Below, piece after piece: positions 9,428-22,592 of a stretch of DNA of 64,000 nt. Under the pieces are notes generated by a model, which had not been told where the DNA came from, ran no database searches, and saw nothing but the letters and a program-made list of their open reading frames with translations. The stretch spans positions 256-64,255 of the forward strand of contig JANPLN010000018.1 in the NCBI GenBank assembly GCA_031426555.1. Reading direction: 5' to 3'. Position numbers and translations under genes: made by a program. The stretch is from Bdellovibrionales bacterium (GTDB taxonomy: Bacteria > Bdellovibrionota > Bdellovibrionia > Bdellovibrionales > JAGQZY01). Each line of letters begins with the position of its first letter. Position 1 is the stretch's first letter.

Positions 9428-10552
9428 ATGAAATTGAAAATAGAAAAAAAAGATCTAATGAATTTGTTGGCAAAGACACAAAATATCGTCGACAAGCGCA
9501 ACACAATGCCGATTTTGGTAAATGTTCTATTCGATGCAAATAAGAGCAGATTGAAAGTTTTTGCAACGGACCTTGAAGTGAGCTTAACGGACGAGACCAA
9601 CGCCGATGTTCAGGAGCCCGGACAACTTGCCGTGAATGCTCGGAACTTATTTGATATCGTCAAAGAACTTTCTGAAGGTCCCATTTCCTTAACTAAGAAA
9701 AAAAATAATTGGATAGAAATTAAACAGAACAAATCTGTGTTTAACATTGTGGGTATTGGTGCAGAAGAGTATCCGATTTTTCCAACTTTTAAGACCACTG
9801 ATTTTATAAAGGTGGAAGCAAAAGTTATTTCGGAGATGATCGAACGCACCATCTACAGCGTTTCCAACGATGAAACGCGGTACCACCTGAATGGTGTTTA
9901 TTTTGAAAAGCGAAAAGAAAACGGAAAAATATGTTTTAGAATGGTAGCCACAGATGGTCACCGTTTGAGTTTAGTAGAGAGAGAAATCAGCTCTGATATC
10001 CACGAAAGCTCCATACCAAACACCGGCGTGATTATTCCACGCAAGGGCCTTACAGAGATTAAAAAAATTATCGACAGCCTCGAAGGTTTTATTGAAATGG
10101 CTTTCGAGGGATCACAACTGATTATAAAAACTAACAGCACAGTGTTAATGGTACGTTTGATCGAAGGCAAATATCCCAATTATCAACAGCTTATTCCACA
10201 GAAGGTGATGAAGACAGCAAGCATCGACCGAGAAATTTTTCTTGGCAGTATTCGCCGTGTATCTCTTTTGTCGAACCATAAATCAAAAGGCGTCACAATC
10301 AGCTTATCCAATGGAAAAATGGAAATTACCTCTAACAATCCAGAGCTGGGTGATGCAAAAGAAGAAATTGATGTGGAATACTCTGGGGATGATATGAAGA
10401 TCGGTTTCAATGCCAAATACATTCTTGATATTTTAAACAGTTTCGACGATCAAAATCTGGATTTAGAGTTGGATGGACAGCTGTCACCAGGTCTTATTCG
10501 CCCCGAGAACGACAAAAAATACACTTGTGTTGTTATGCCGATGAGAATTTAA
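9428..10552 (+). CDS. dnaN: DNA polymerase III beta clamp
   Basis: ATDLE, VATDGHRL, GFNAKY, C-terminal VVMPMRI. Confidence 0.98.
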   Translation: MKLKIEKKDLMNLLAKTQNIVDKRNTMPILVNVLFDANKSRLKVFATDLEVSLTDETNADVQEPGQLAVNARNLFDIVKELSEGPISLTKKKNNWIEIKQNKSVFNIVGIGAEEYPIFPTFKTTDFIKVEAKVISEMIERTIYSVSNDETRYHLNGVYFEKRKENGKICFRMVATDGHRLSLVEREISSDIHESSIPNTGVIIPRKGLTEIKKIIDSLEGFIEMAFEGSQLIIKTNSTVLMVRLIEGKYPNYQQLIPQKVMKTASIDREIFLGSIRRVSLLSNHKSKGVTISLSNGKMEITSNNPELGDAKEEIDVEYSGDDMKIGFNAKYILDILNSFDDQNLDLELDGQLSPGLIRPENDKKYTCVVMPMRI

Positions 10553-10557
10553 CCACA

Positions 10558-14140
<3,583 letters not shown>

Positions 14141-14148
14141 AGGTTTGT

Positions 14149-16614
14149 ATGAATGAAAACAATGTTCCAAGCAATATAACTCAAGTCGATATCAATCAAG
14201 AGATGAAGGATTCCTACTTACAATACTCAATGAGTGTGATTGTGGGTCGTGCCCTTCCCGATGTGCGCGATGGTTTAAAGCCTGTTCATCGCCGCGTTTT
14301 ATTTGCTATGCATGAGCTCAGTAACACCCACGACAAGCCCTACAAAAAGTCGGCCAGGGTCGTTGGTGACGTGATTGGTAAATACCACCCCCATGGCGAT
14401 ACGGCCGTTTACGATACCATGGTTCGCATGGCGCAGGAATTTTCGCTCCGTTACCCGCTGATTGATGGACAAGGAAACTTTGGCTCCATCGACGGCGATA
14501 GTCCGGCAGCTCAACGTTACACTGAAGTGCGCATGACTCAGTTGGCGGAGGCTCTCCTCGAAGACATCGAAAAAGAGACCATTCCGTTTGTACCGAACTA
14601 CGATGATTCCCTAGTTGTACCTGCAATCCTTCCCGCGAAGTTTCCAAACCTTCTCGTCAACGGAAGTTCGGGAATTGCGGTTGGTATGGCCACCAACATT
14701 CCTCCTCACAACCTCGGTGAGGTCATCGATGGCTGTGTCGCTCTCATTGATAATCCCCTGACGACTGATGACGAAATCATTGCTCTGATTCCAGGACCGG
14801 ACTTTCCAACTCACGGTGTGATTGCAGGAAGAAATGGAATCATTTCGGCCTATAAAAAAGGCAACGGAATTATTGCGATCAAAGCAGTGGCCGAAATTGT
14901 TGCCGTAAAAGATCGCGAAGAAATTATTGTCACTGAAATTCCGTATCAGGTGAACAAGGCAAAATTGATCGAAAGCATTGCCGACCTTGTGCGCGATAAA
15001 AAAATCGAAGGTATCAGCGACATCCGCGACGAATCTTCGAGCGAAGGCATGCGCATTGTGATCACACTAAAGCGGAACGAAAACGCCAGCGTGATTTTAA
15101 ATCGCCTCTACAAATACACACAAATGCAAGTGAGTTTTGGTATCAGAATGTTGGCGCTGGATGCTCAACTTCGACCGCATATGTTCTCTTTAAAAGAGGC
15201 GCTGCAAGCGTTTATTGCCCATCGTAAAGATGTGGTCATTAAGCGTTGTATCTTTGATCTTAAAAAATCAGAGGCTCGCTCGCACATCTTAGAGGGTTTG
15301 AAAAAAGCCATCGATCAGATCGACGCGGTTGTGGCAACGATTCGAGCTTCTAAAGAAACGGCCCTGGCAAAAATCGCCCTTATGGAAAAGTTTCTTTTTT
15401 CTGAGAAGCAGGCGCAAGCGATTCTCGAGATGCGTTTGTCTCGATTAACCGGATTAGAAAGTCAAAAAATCATCGATGAACTCGCAGAGCTCATGAAAAC
15501 AATCATGTGGCTCAAAGATGTTCTCAGCGATGAAAAAAAGGTGTTCCAAATTATTAAAGATGAACTTGTCGAAATTAAAGCAAAATTTAATAATCCACGC
15601 AGAACGCAAATCGAGAGCGATGGTCAAGAGATCGAAGACGAAGATTTGATCGCTCAAGAAAAAATGGTTGTTAACATTACGAACTCTGGAACCATTAAAC
15701 GCATTCCGATCGATCAGTATAAGACCCAACGCCGCGGCGGAAAAGGCGTTAAGGGTGCGGATACCAAAGAAGAAGATTACGTTACCAATATTTTTGTAGC
15801 CAATACTAAAACAAACCTTCTTGTTTTTACGAGCAATGGAAAAGTTTATTGGACCAAAGTGTACAAGCTGCCACTGGGCACGCGCACGTCAAAAGGCAAA
15901 TCCATCAACAACGTTGTTGAGATCGGTGCCAACGAAACGGTCCGCGCAGTTCTTCCGGTGGAGGAATTCAAAGAGAACCGCTACGTCGTTATGCTGACCA
16001 AAAAAGGGACCATTAAAAAAACGCCACTCAGTGCGTTTTCGAACCCTCGCCCTTCCGGCATCATTGCACTGACGATTGATCTTGAAGACGATCTGTTAAC
16101 GGCAAAAATAAGCGAAGGTAATAACGATATTTTTATTTGTACAAAAGAAGGCATGTCGATTCGCTTTGACGAGGGAGATGTTCGGCCCATGGGACGCACA
16201 GCCCGCGGTGTTCGTGGCATGACGCTCTCCAAAGATGATAGCGTTGTCGGTTGTGAGGTGTTCAATAAAGAAGGCCAAGCGAACATTTTGATAGTCACTG
16301 CCGGTGGGTACGGAAAACGCACTCAGCTTGAAGAATACCGAGAGCAGAGCCGCGGTGGCGTAGGTGTAATCACGCAAAAAACAACCGATAAAATTGGCCA
16401 AGTTGTCACTTGCCGAAGCGTTCTTGATACCGACGATATTGTTTTAGCGACCGATCAGGGACAAACGATTCGAATGCCATGCAAAGGCATATCTCTTCTT
16501 GGAAGAAACACGCAGGGCGTGAGATTGATCAGCCTGAAAGAAGAAGAATATGTCACAAGCGTGGCAGTTGTCGGCGGTGAGGACAATGAAGAAGCACCAA
16601 ATTTGGACCAGTAA
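14149..16614 (+). CDS. gyrA: DNA gyrase subunit A
   Basis: [15 protein letters not shown] (catalytic Tyr), GyrA-box QRRGGKG. Confidence 0.98.
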   Translation: MNENNVPSNITQVDINQEMKDSYLQYSMSVIVGRALPDVRDGLKPVHRRVLFAMHELSNTHDKPYKKSARVVGDVIGKYHPHGDTAVYDTMVRMAQEFSLRYPLIDGQGNFGSIDGDSPAAQRYTEVRMTQLAEALLEDIEKETIPFVPNYDDSLVVPAILPAKFPNLLVNGSSGIAVGMATNIPPHNLGEVIDGCVALIDNPLTTDDEIIALIPGPDFPTHGVIAGRNGIISAYKKGNGIIAIKAVAEIVAVKDREEIIVTEIPYQVNKAKLIESIADLVRDKKIEGISDIRDESSSEGMRIVITLKRNENASVILNRLYKYTQMQVSFGIRMLALDAQLRPHMFSLKEALQAFIAHRKDVVIKRCIFDLKKSEARSHILEGLKKAIDQIDAVVATIRASKETALAKIALMEKFLFSEKQAQAILEMRLSRLTGLESQKIIDELAELMKTIMWLKDVLSDEKKVFQIIKDELVEIKAKFNNPRRTQIESDGQEIEDEDLIAQEKMVVNITNSGTIKRIPIDQYKTQRRGGKGVKGADTKEEDYVTNIFVANTKTNLLVFTSNGKVYWTKVYKLPLGTRTSKGKSINNVVEIGANETVRAVLPVEEFKENRYVVMLTKKGTIKKTPLSAFSNPRPSGIIALTIDLEDDLLTAKISEGNNDIFICTKEGMSIRFDEGDVRPMGRTARGVRGMTLSKDDSVVGCEVFNKEGQANILIVTAGGYGKRTQLEEYREQSRGGVGVITQKTTDKIGQVVTCRSVLDTDDIVLATDQGQTIRMPCKGISLLGRNTQGVRLISLKEEEYVTSVAVVGGEDNEEAPNLDQ

Positions 16615-17401
16615 GCGCAAAATAACATTTCTCGCATTCGTATTGATTTTTTCTGGCTGTTTCAGCCAGTCGCAAAAGGAAGATTACGAACTCGCTAAGA
16701 AAAACCTGGCTAACGAAAAGTATGTTGAGGCCTACAGTTATTTTGAAAAAGTTTTTTTACATAGCTCCGATGAGACACTGGTCTTAGAAAGTGCTCGGGA
16801 GCTTGCTGAACTGGCCGAAGTAAAAGTAAAAAATTATCCAAAAGCGGTTAATTATTTGGAGTTTGTAATCGCAAACTCTAAAGACTTTAAGGCTTCGTAT
16901 CAATCGCTTTACAAAAAAGCGTTTATCGAACATAAGCTCCTCTACTATTTTGAAGACGCCATCCGTTCTTACCAAAGGCTTTTAAGCTATTCCGATCTTT
17001 CGCTTGAGCAAAGTGCCGAAATCCGACTGAATATTGCCAAATGTTATAATGCGATTCATAACTACGAGGCCGCAAGAACAGAGCTGTTGCCGCTCGTGAG
17101 TGCCACACAAAAAAACGAGATTCGTTACAAAGCCAAACTTCTCGAGGCCTCGCTTTTTCAAACAGAAGGCAAGTTAGATGAGGCCATTAAAGTTTACAAT
17201 CAAGCATTGGTTATCGATGTGATAGAAAGTGAAAAAAGAGAAGGCTATATCAGCTTGGCACTTTGTTACGAACAGAAAGAGGCGTATAAAAATGCCTTGG
17301 AAACTGTAAAGAAAATATCCGAGCCCGACGAATTTTTAAAAATTAAGGTCAGTCAATTAGAACGACTCGTGCAATTTCAAGGAAGGCGACTCCAAAGATG
17401 A
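16586..17401 (+). CDS. TPR-repeat lipoprotein
   Basis: Hydrophobic stretch with FSG-C lipobox and repeated TPR-like helices. GAGG precedes ATG 16586, which overlaps the gyrA 3' end. Confidence 0.75.
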   Translation: MKKHQIWTSKRKITFLAFVLIFSGCFSQSQKEDYELAKKNLANEKYVEAYSYFEKVFLHSSDETLVLESARELAELAEVKVKNYPKAVNYLEFVIANSKDFKASYQSLYKKAFIEHKLLYYFEDAIRSYQRLLSYSDLSLEQSAEIRLNIAKCYNAIHNYEAARTELLPLVSATQKNEIRYKAKLLEASLFQTEGKLDEAIKVYNQALVIDVIESEKREGYISLALCYEQKEAYKNALETVKKISEPDEFLKIKVSQLERLVQFQGRRLQR

Positions 17402-17604
17402 GCCAAGAAAAAAACAAAAAAGCCATCGGCGTCGCAGTCGCCCTGGGTTTTGAGCTTCTCAGCATGGTTTTAGTCTGTATTTTTTTGGGTTATTACCTTG
17501 GGGGGATGAAAGGGCTTGCCGAGATTGGCGCCATCGCCGGCTCTGTTTTAGGCTTTACCCTGTGGACGTGGCGCTTGATCCACACTAAAAAATACCTTTT
17601 ATGA
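17398..17604 (+). CDS. AtpZ/AtpI-family small membrane protein
   Basis: 68 aa, two TM segments, LGFEL...G..LG pattern; first gene of the Fo cluster. Confidence 0.75.
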   Translation: MSQEKNKKAIGVAVALGFELLSMVLVCIFLGYYLGGMKGLAEIGAIAGSVLGFTLWTWRLIHTKKYLL

Positions 17605-17993
17605 CGTCGCTGGAGACCATCAAGCGCGACACACAAATTCTCGGAATCTCTTTGTTACTAACAAATTTAGTCTTCTGCTTAACCGCGTGGGCCGCGGCTG
17701 ATAGCCGAGTCGCGTTAAATGTGTTTTGGGCGTCTGTGTTTTTGACCCTGAACCTAATTTTCTATATGGTTCTCGCTGCCGCAATTCTTGTTAAAAAAAA
17801 TATTGCCTGGATGGGACCTGTAATTGTACTAAAGTACCTAATTTTAATAGGTTCAGTGTATTTGGTTTTTGCGAATTGCGACGTGCTTTTAGTGCTTGCA
17901 AGTATGTTCACAGAGCTTTTAACGACCATCATTCTTTTGCTGGTTTTTAAAATGTGGCTCTCGAGAAGGGATAAAAAACATGGGTCATTTTAA
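17601..17993 (+). CDS. atpI: ATP synthase subunit I-like membrane protein
   Basis: About four TM helices, VLKYLIL; immediately upstream of atpB. Confidence 0.7.
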   Translation: MTSLETIKRDTQILGISLLLTNLVFCLTAWAAADSRVALNVFWASVFLTLNLIFYMVLAAAILVKKNIAWMGPVIVLKYLILIGSVYLVFANCDVLLVLASMFTELLTTIILLLVFKMWLSRRDKKHGSF

Positions 17994-18672
17994 TTGGATC
18001 CAATACCTAACACAAATTGAGCATCAATATGCTCACGTCGCTACGGCTGTTGCCGTGACAGCTTTAATTTTTGTTATCGGTATCTACGCAAGAATTCAAC
18101 TGGGCTCCGGCGAGAAAGCGATTGTGCCAGCGGGAAAGTTTTCGGTGCGTGGATTTTTCGAAATGATCACTGAGGGCACTTACACTCTTGCAGACCAAGT
18201 CATTGGCCACGATGGAGCTTTGTACGTTCCGCTCGCCGCCGCGATTTTTACGTTTGTACTTATCAATAATCTTGTAGGCCTGTTGCCTGGCATGACGCCG
18301 GCGACAGACAACCTTAATACCTCATTTGCGATTGGTATGTTTTCGTTTGCATATTACAATTACATCGGAATTAAATCTGAAGGTGTTAAAAACTATCTTC
18401 TTCATTTCTTGGGCCCAGTGTGGTGGTTGGCTTGGTTGATTTTACCCATCGAACTTATCTCGCATGCGTTTCGTCCTCTCACTTTAGGGTTGCGACTCGC
18501 AGGAAATATCACAGCTGATCACACGGTGGTCGGCGTGTTTCACCAGCTTTTTCCAATCGGCCTTCCGGTTCCATTTTATGCAATGGGCCTCATTGTGAGT
18601 TTAATTCAAGCATTTGTATTCGCCTTATTGACTCTTGTGTACGTTATGTTAGCTAAGGCGCATGATCATTAA
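17980..18672 (+). CDS. atpB: ATP synthase Fo subunit a
   Basis: NNLVGLLPG, RPLTLGLRLAGNI, IQAFVFALL. Confidence 0.96.
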   Translation: MGHFNWIQYLTQIEHQYAHVATAVAVTALIFVIGIYARIQLGSGEKAIVPAGKFSVRGFFEMITEGTYTLADQVIGHDGALYVPLAAAIFTFVLINNLVGLLPGMTPATDNLNTSFAIGMFSFAYYNYIGIKSEGVKNYLLHFLGPVWWLAWLILPIELISHAFRPLTLGLRLAGNITADHTVVGVFHQLFPIGLPVPFYAMGLIVSLIQAFVFALLTLVYVMLAKAHDH

Positions 18673-18711
18673 AATATTTAAAAACAGAAGTTCTAACGAA
18701 GGGAGCTCGAG

Positions 18712-19074
18712 ATGATTAATATGAAAAAAACAGCTATGTTTCTAGGTGCTTTGATTGCGGTTCTTCCTGCATTTGCAGAAGACGGCGCGTCGGTAGCAGC
18801 AGTGGCATCCAACCTTACATTTTTAGGTCTAGCAGCACTCGGTGCGGGAATCGCTATCGGTTTAGCAGCGTTCGGCGCAGCTAGCGGCCAAGGTAAAGCA
18901 GCAGCTTCGGCTCTAGAAGGTATCGCAAGAAACCCTTCAGCTTCTGGCAGCATGTTTCTTCCACTCATCCTAAGCTTAGTGTTCATGGAAGCCCTTGGGA
19001 TTTTGGCGTTCCTTATCGCGTTCTTTTTGAACGGCAACATCACGAACGTACTTACAAAAATTTTAGGCGCCTAA
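18712..19074 (+). CDS. atpE: ATP synthase Fo subunit c with N-terminal signal-like extension
   Basis: GxGxG motif, ARNP loop, FMEAL ion-binding Glu. Confidence 0.95.
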   Translation: MINMKKTAMFLGALIAVLPAFAEDGASVAAVASNLTFLGLAALGAGIAIGLAAFGAASGQGKAAASALEGIARNPSASGSMFLPLILSLVFMEALGILAFLIAFFLNGNITNVLTKILGA

Positions 19075-19085
19075 CTCACGCATCG

Positions 19086-19112
19086 GAGCGACCAGACATT
19101 GGTCGCTCTTCT
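19086..19112 (+). terminator. Probable intrinsic terminator after atpE
   Basis: 9-bp stem GAGCGACCA/TGGTCGCTC with a 5-nt loop and a short TTCT tail. Confidence 0.6.
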
Positions 19113-19163
19113 AATGGACCTGTCTCAATCTGAATCAGACAGCGTCTTAAATTAAAGCAAAAT

Positions 19164-19190
19164 TAATGTTTTTCTCAGTGACTCCGATAA
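19164..19190 (+). promoter_or_regulatory. sigma28 (FliA)-type promoter
   Basis: TAATGTTT-N11-TCCGATAA versus consensus TAAAGTTT-N11-GCCGATAA (7/8 and 7/8, exact spacing). Confidence 0.7.
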
Positions 19191-19197
19191 CATATGT

Positions 19198-20859
19198 ATG
19201 AGCACACCCAAGAGCTTCACGCTGGTTTTTTTGTACGACAAGATGGTGGCATCATTGCCGGTTGCGCAGGCCCTCAAAGAAAAGAATCTTGAGGTTCATG
19301 TAGCACAAAATGCTGGTGAGCTTATCCAGTTTGTTGCCAACAAAAACGTAGATCTTGTGGGTCTGAGTGCGAATCACCCCAGCTCTAAAAGTTTAATTCA
19401 AGTTATGCGAGAAAAAACCCAAGTAAAAATCCTCATTTTTGGCGAAGATAAATCGCAAGGCACAGCTGAACGAGTTGACAGATTAGACGGTGATTACAAA
19501 GTTCTCGGGGTGGCGACGGCCTATAATATATGGATGAAAATTGCCTCGATGGTCAAAAACAAAATGAAAGAGACCGAAAACAACGGGAATATTCTTTACA
19601 GCGGCGGCAAGAGCACCACACAAAAGCAAGACAGCACTATCACAGTTAAAAGTAATACAGAGAACAAATCTTTTAAACTTGAGGGTTCCTCAGGCTTCGG
19701 TAAAAAGAAAAAAGATAAGTTTAAAAAACAACAATCGGATCCAGAACAAAACGACGTTATGAACTTTCAAGATCCTGCGAATCCCAATGGTTTTGCCGAA
19801 AAATCATCGGACCTCATGTTTTTTAAAAAAGATGCGGTGGATGATAAGAAATCTAAGAAAAAGAAATCCTTTTCTAAAGACCTCGAAGATATGGCAGCCA
19901 GCTTGGACACGACGCCAGAAGATCCATTACGCAATGGAAAAAATGCAAAACAAGGTGGTGCTGCAGTGAATGAGGAGTCTCTTTCGGAAATTGAATTGGG
20001 CGAAGTTTCACGTCGAAACGAAAAAACCGGCAACCTTGGAAATGTTTCTGAAAGTTCATTGCAAGAAAGCGGCGACAAAGTCAGCTTTGAAGACGGCCAA
20101 AAAGATCAAGTAACGACGGCGAAGTTCGGTAAAAATAAACACAAAAAATCGGCGAAAATTTCGGACGCTGGTGTGCCGGCGCAAGAAATTCCCTTTAAAG
20201 AACAAGTGATGGCTGCGGTGACTGGGGCGTTCGTATCTAAAAACGAAACGCCCGAAGAATTTGGAACGATCAATCGGTTGACTGTTGTCCCTGTTGATAA
20301 GGAACAAGGACGAGGATTTCTTATTTTTTGCACGAAAGACAATCAATTTATGGGAACCAGTGGACCCGCTTTCGAAGAGTTCAAAAACTCATTGATCGAA
20401 AAAATGTCGAAGTACGAAGCCGTGAGTGTGGGCGAAGTGTACAATATCGAAACTGAAGAGATTGATATACAGAATTTGGTTCAAAACAGTAGCGACTTTC
20501 ACACCATTGTGGAGGATCCGAAGAGTCAAAAGCAGGTGCTTATTTGTTTTGTGGCAAAGGAAAATATTTACCCTGATACAAACAAATCAAACGAAACCAA
20601 TATGATGATGGTTGAGCTCGATGTGATCCCAGCTGAAACGCCAATTAATTTTAATTTGTTCCTCCGCTTCTCGAGAAATAATCGAATGGTTCCTTATCTT
20701 CGCAGAGGGGGAGAGCTCACCGAAGCGCAAGTGAACAGACTGAACGAGCATGGGGTCCAGTCGGTGTTTGTTCCTGAGGAAGAACGTAAGGCGCTGTATT
20801 CTTTCTTTATTTCTCAAACAATTCATCAAGACATTCGTCCAATCAAGAAAGCTGCTTAG
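19198..20859 (+). CDS. Hypothetical protein: degenerate receiver-like N-domain, disordered K/S/E-rich linker, globular C-domain
   Basis: REC-like beta/alpha pattern (...VDLVGLSANHP) with Ser where the phospho-Asp is expected; long low-complexity middle. Confidence 0.7.
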   Translation: MSTPKSFTLVFLYDKMVASLPVAQALKEKNLEVHVAQNAGELIQFVANKNVDLVGLSANHPSSKSLIQVMREKTQVKILIFGEDKSQGTAERVDRLDGDYKVLGVATAYNIWMKIASMVKNKMKETENNGNILYSGGKSTTQKQDSTITVKSNTENKSFKLEGSSGFGKKKKDKFKKQQSDPEQNDVMNFQDPANPNGFAEKSSDLMFFKKDAVDDKKSKKKKSFSKDLEDMAASLDTTPEDPLRNGKNAKQGGAAVNEESLSEIELGEVSRRNEKTGNLGNVSESSLQESGDKVSFEDGQKDQVTTAKFGKNKHKKSAKISDAGVPAQEIPFKEQVMAAVTGAFVSKNETPEEFGTINRLTVVPVDKEQGRGFLIFCTKDNQFMGTSGPAFEEFKNSLIEKMSKYEAVSVGEVYNIETEEIDIQNLVQNSSDFHTIVEDPKSQKQVLICFVAKENIYPDTNKSNETNMMMVELDVIPAETPINFNLFLRFSRNNRMVPYLRRGGELTEAQVNRLNEHGVQSVFVPEEERKALYSFFISQTIHQDIRPIKKAA

Positions 20860-21044
20860 TACTTTTAGCTTCGCAGTAGACTTAGGTCCTAACAAACCAC
20901 ACCATCAAAAAGTCTTGTATTTCCCTCAACTAATAATAAAATTTTTTAGGTAACTATTAAATTATCTAATGAGCTCCAAGAACGAATCGAGGACGTTAGA
21001 TAATTCTTTAAGGAGTTCGCAACTCCAAAACCAAAGGACGGTGT

Positions 21045-22592
21045 ATGCGTAAATTTATATTTCTTATAGCAATGTTGAGTTTATCTCAAGCAATAGCCAG
21101 CCAAGAATACTTAGTAAAAATGAATCAAGCCACGACGCTTGAAACAATGCAGTCTCTTTACGGTAAAGAAAACGTAACGGATTTGCGCTTTAACAATTGG
21201 GTTAAAGTATCGGTATCTTCGGAAAGAGCCGTGAGCTCACTTTCTTCTCGTGCAGACTTTGTTGAGCCCAACAAAAAATTTAAAATCCAACTTCATCGTC
21301 CACAACGTGAAGGCGGTGGTGGCTTTATCGGCGGCGATGCGGGTGGCGGTTTTATCGGTGGCGGCGACGCCGGCGGTGGCAGTGGCGGATTCATTGGCGG
21401 CGATGCTGGCGGTGGCTTTATCGGCGGCGACGCCGGGGGCGGAAGCAGCGGCGGTTTTATTGGTGGTGATGCTGGTGGCGGCTCGACGAATGGTGGCGGT
21501 ACTAATGGTGGCTCTTCGAGTGGTGGTTCATCGAATGGTGGAAGTACAAGTGGTGGATCTGCTAAAGGTGATCCAGACTTTCCAACATCTATTCCAACTA
21601 CAAGTGGCCCCGACATCGACTACGCAAAACAATGGGGAATGGCCGATATTGGCGTTCGCGAAGCCTGGCAAACAGCGGTTACTAAAGGTTCGCCAGACAT
21701 GATCGTTGCTGTGATCGATTCTGGAGTTGATTACATTCACGAAGACCTGGTTGAAAACACGTGGAGAAATCCTGGTGAAAGCGGAAACGGAAAAGAAAAA
21801 AATGGCGTGGATGATGATAACAACGGATTTATCGATGACGTTGTTGGATGGGACTTCGCGACTAACGATAATAAGCCCTACGACATCACCGGTGGATTTA
21901 TGGGGAACCCAGGCCACGGAACACATTGCGCTGGCAACGTTGCTGCAAGATCCGAAAACGGCAAAGGTATTGTTGGTGTTGCACCCAACGTAAAAATCAT
22001 GGCATTGCGTTTTATTACTGAAAAAGGGTCTGGTTCAACGGATGCCGCTCTTCAGTCAATTAAATATGCCGTCGATAACGGTGCAAAAGTTCTATCCAAT
22101 TCTTGGGGTTCCGAGGGCGACGATGGCGGAGCCGAAAGCCAAGCGCTTCAAGAAGCAATTCAGTATGCGCAGGATAAAGGCGTACTGTTTGTTGCTGCCG
22201 CTGGAAACAGTTCTTACAATAACGACACTCCCGGAAAAGCCAGCGTGCCCGCAAGCTATCCACACGACAACATTATCAGCGTTGCCGCTATCGACAGAAA
22301 CAACGCTCTCGCGTCGTTTTCAAGTTACGGCTTAAAAACGGTTGATATCGCCGCTCCTGGTGTTGATGTTTACTCGTCGGTTCCAAAAAATAAATACATG
22401 AATATGCCCGGAACATCCATGTCATGTCCGCATGTTGCTGGTGCAGCGGCTCTTTATTGGTCGCACAATCCGCAAGCAACCATGATGCAAGTTAAAGAAG
22501 CTATCATGAAGTCCGCAATTCCTGTATCAGGCCTCAAAGGCAAAATGGTTACAGGCGGAAAGTTGAACGTTAAAAATCTAATTACTCAATAA
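21045..22592 (+). CDS. Secreted S8 (subtilisin-family) serine peptidase with Gly-rich repeat linker
   Basis: Signal peptide; catalytic motifs VIDSG, HGTHCAG, GTSMSCP; AAAGN oxyanion motif; NGVDDDNNGFIDD loop. Confidence 0.93.
   Translation: MRKFIFLIAMLSLSQAIASQEYLVKMNQATTLETMQSLYGKENVTDLRFNNWVKVSVSSERAVSSLSSRADFVEPNKKFKIQLHRPQREGGGGFIGGDAGGGFIGGGDAGGGSGGFIGGDAGGGFIGGDAGGGSSGGFIGGDAGGGSTNGGGTNGGSSSGGSSNGGSTSGGSAKGDPDFPTSIPTTSGPDIDYAKQWGMADIGVREAWQTAVTKGSPDMIVAVIDSGVDYIHEDLVENTWRNPGESGNGKEKNGVDDDNNGFIDDVVGWDFATNDNKPYDITGGFMGNPGHGTHCAGNVAARSENGKGIVGVAPNVKIMALRFITEKGSGSTDAALQSIKYAVDNGAKVLSNSWGSEGDDGGAESQALQEAIQYAQDKGVLFVAAAGNSSYNNDTPGKASVPASYPHDNIISVAAIDRNNALASFSSYGLKTVDIAAPGVDVYSSVPKNKYMNMPGTSMSCPHVAGAAALYWSHNPQATMMQVKEAIMKSAIPVSGLKGKMVTGGKLNVKNLITQ
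21312..21557 (+). repeat. Coding tandem repeats: 5x FIGG(G)DAGGG followed by 5x pentapeptide xxxGG (STNGG/GTNGG/SSSGG/SSNGG/STSGG)
   Basis: Read directly from the translation; synonymous positions differ between units. Confidence 0.9.

Noticed and set aside
19121-19150. Recurrent intergenic GTCTNA/TNAGAC words (also near 760, 30337, 30381, 42253, 58312)
   Set aside because: Too short and degenerate to tell from chance without genome-wide statistics.
21312-21480. Direct repeats that might suggest a CRISPR array
   Set aside because: Units are in-frame, degenerate at wobble positions, lack unique spacers, and no cas genes are nearby.
21293-21616. Extensin-like Pro-rich ORF (PPASPPIKPPP repeats) on the minus strand
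   Set aside because: It is the antisense shadow of the Gly repeats of the S8 protease, and I see no independent expression signals.
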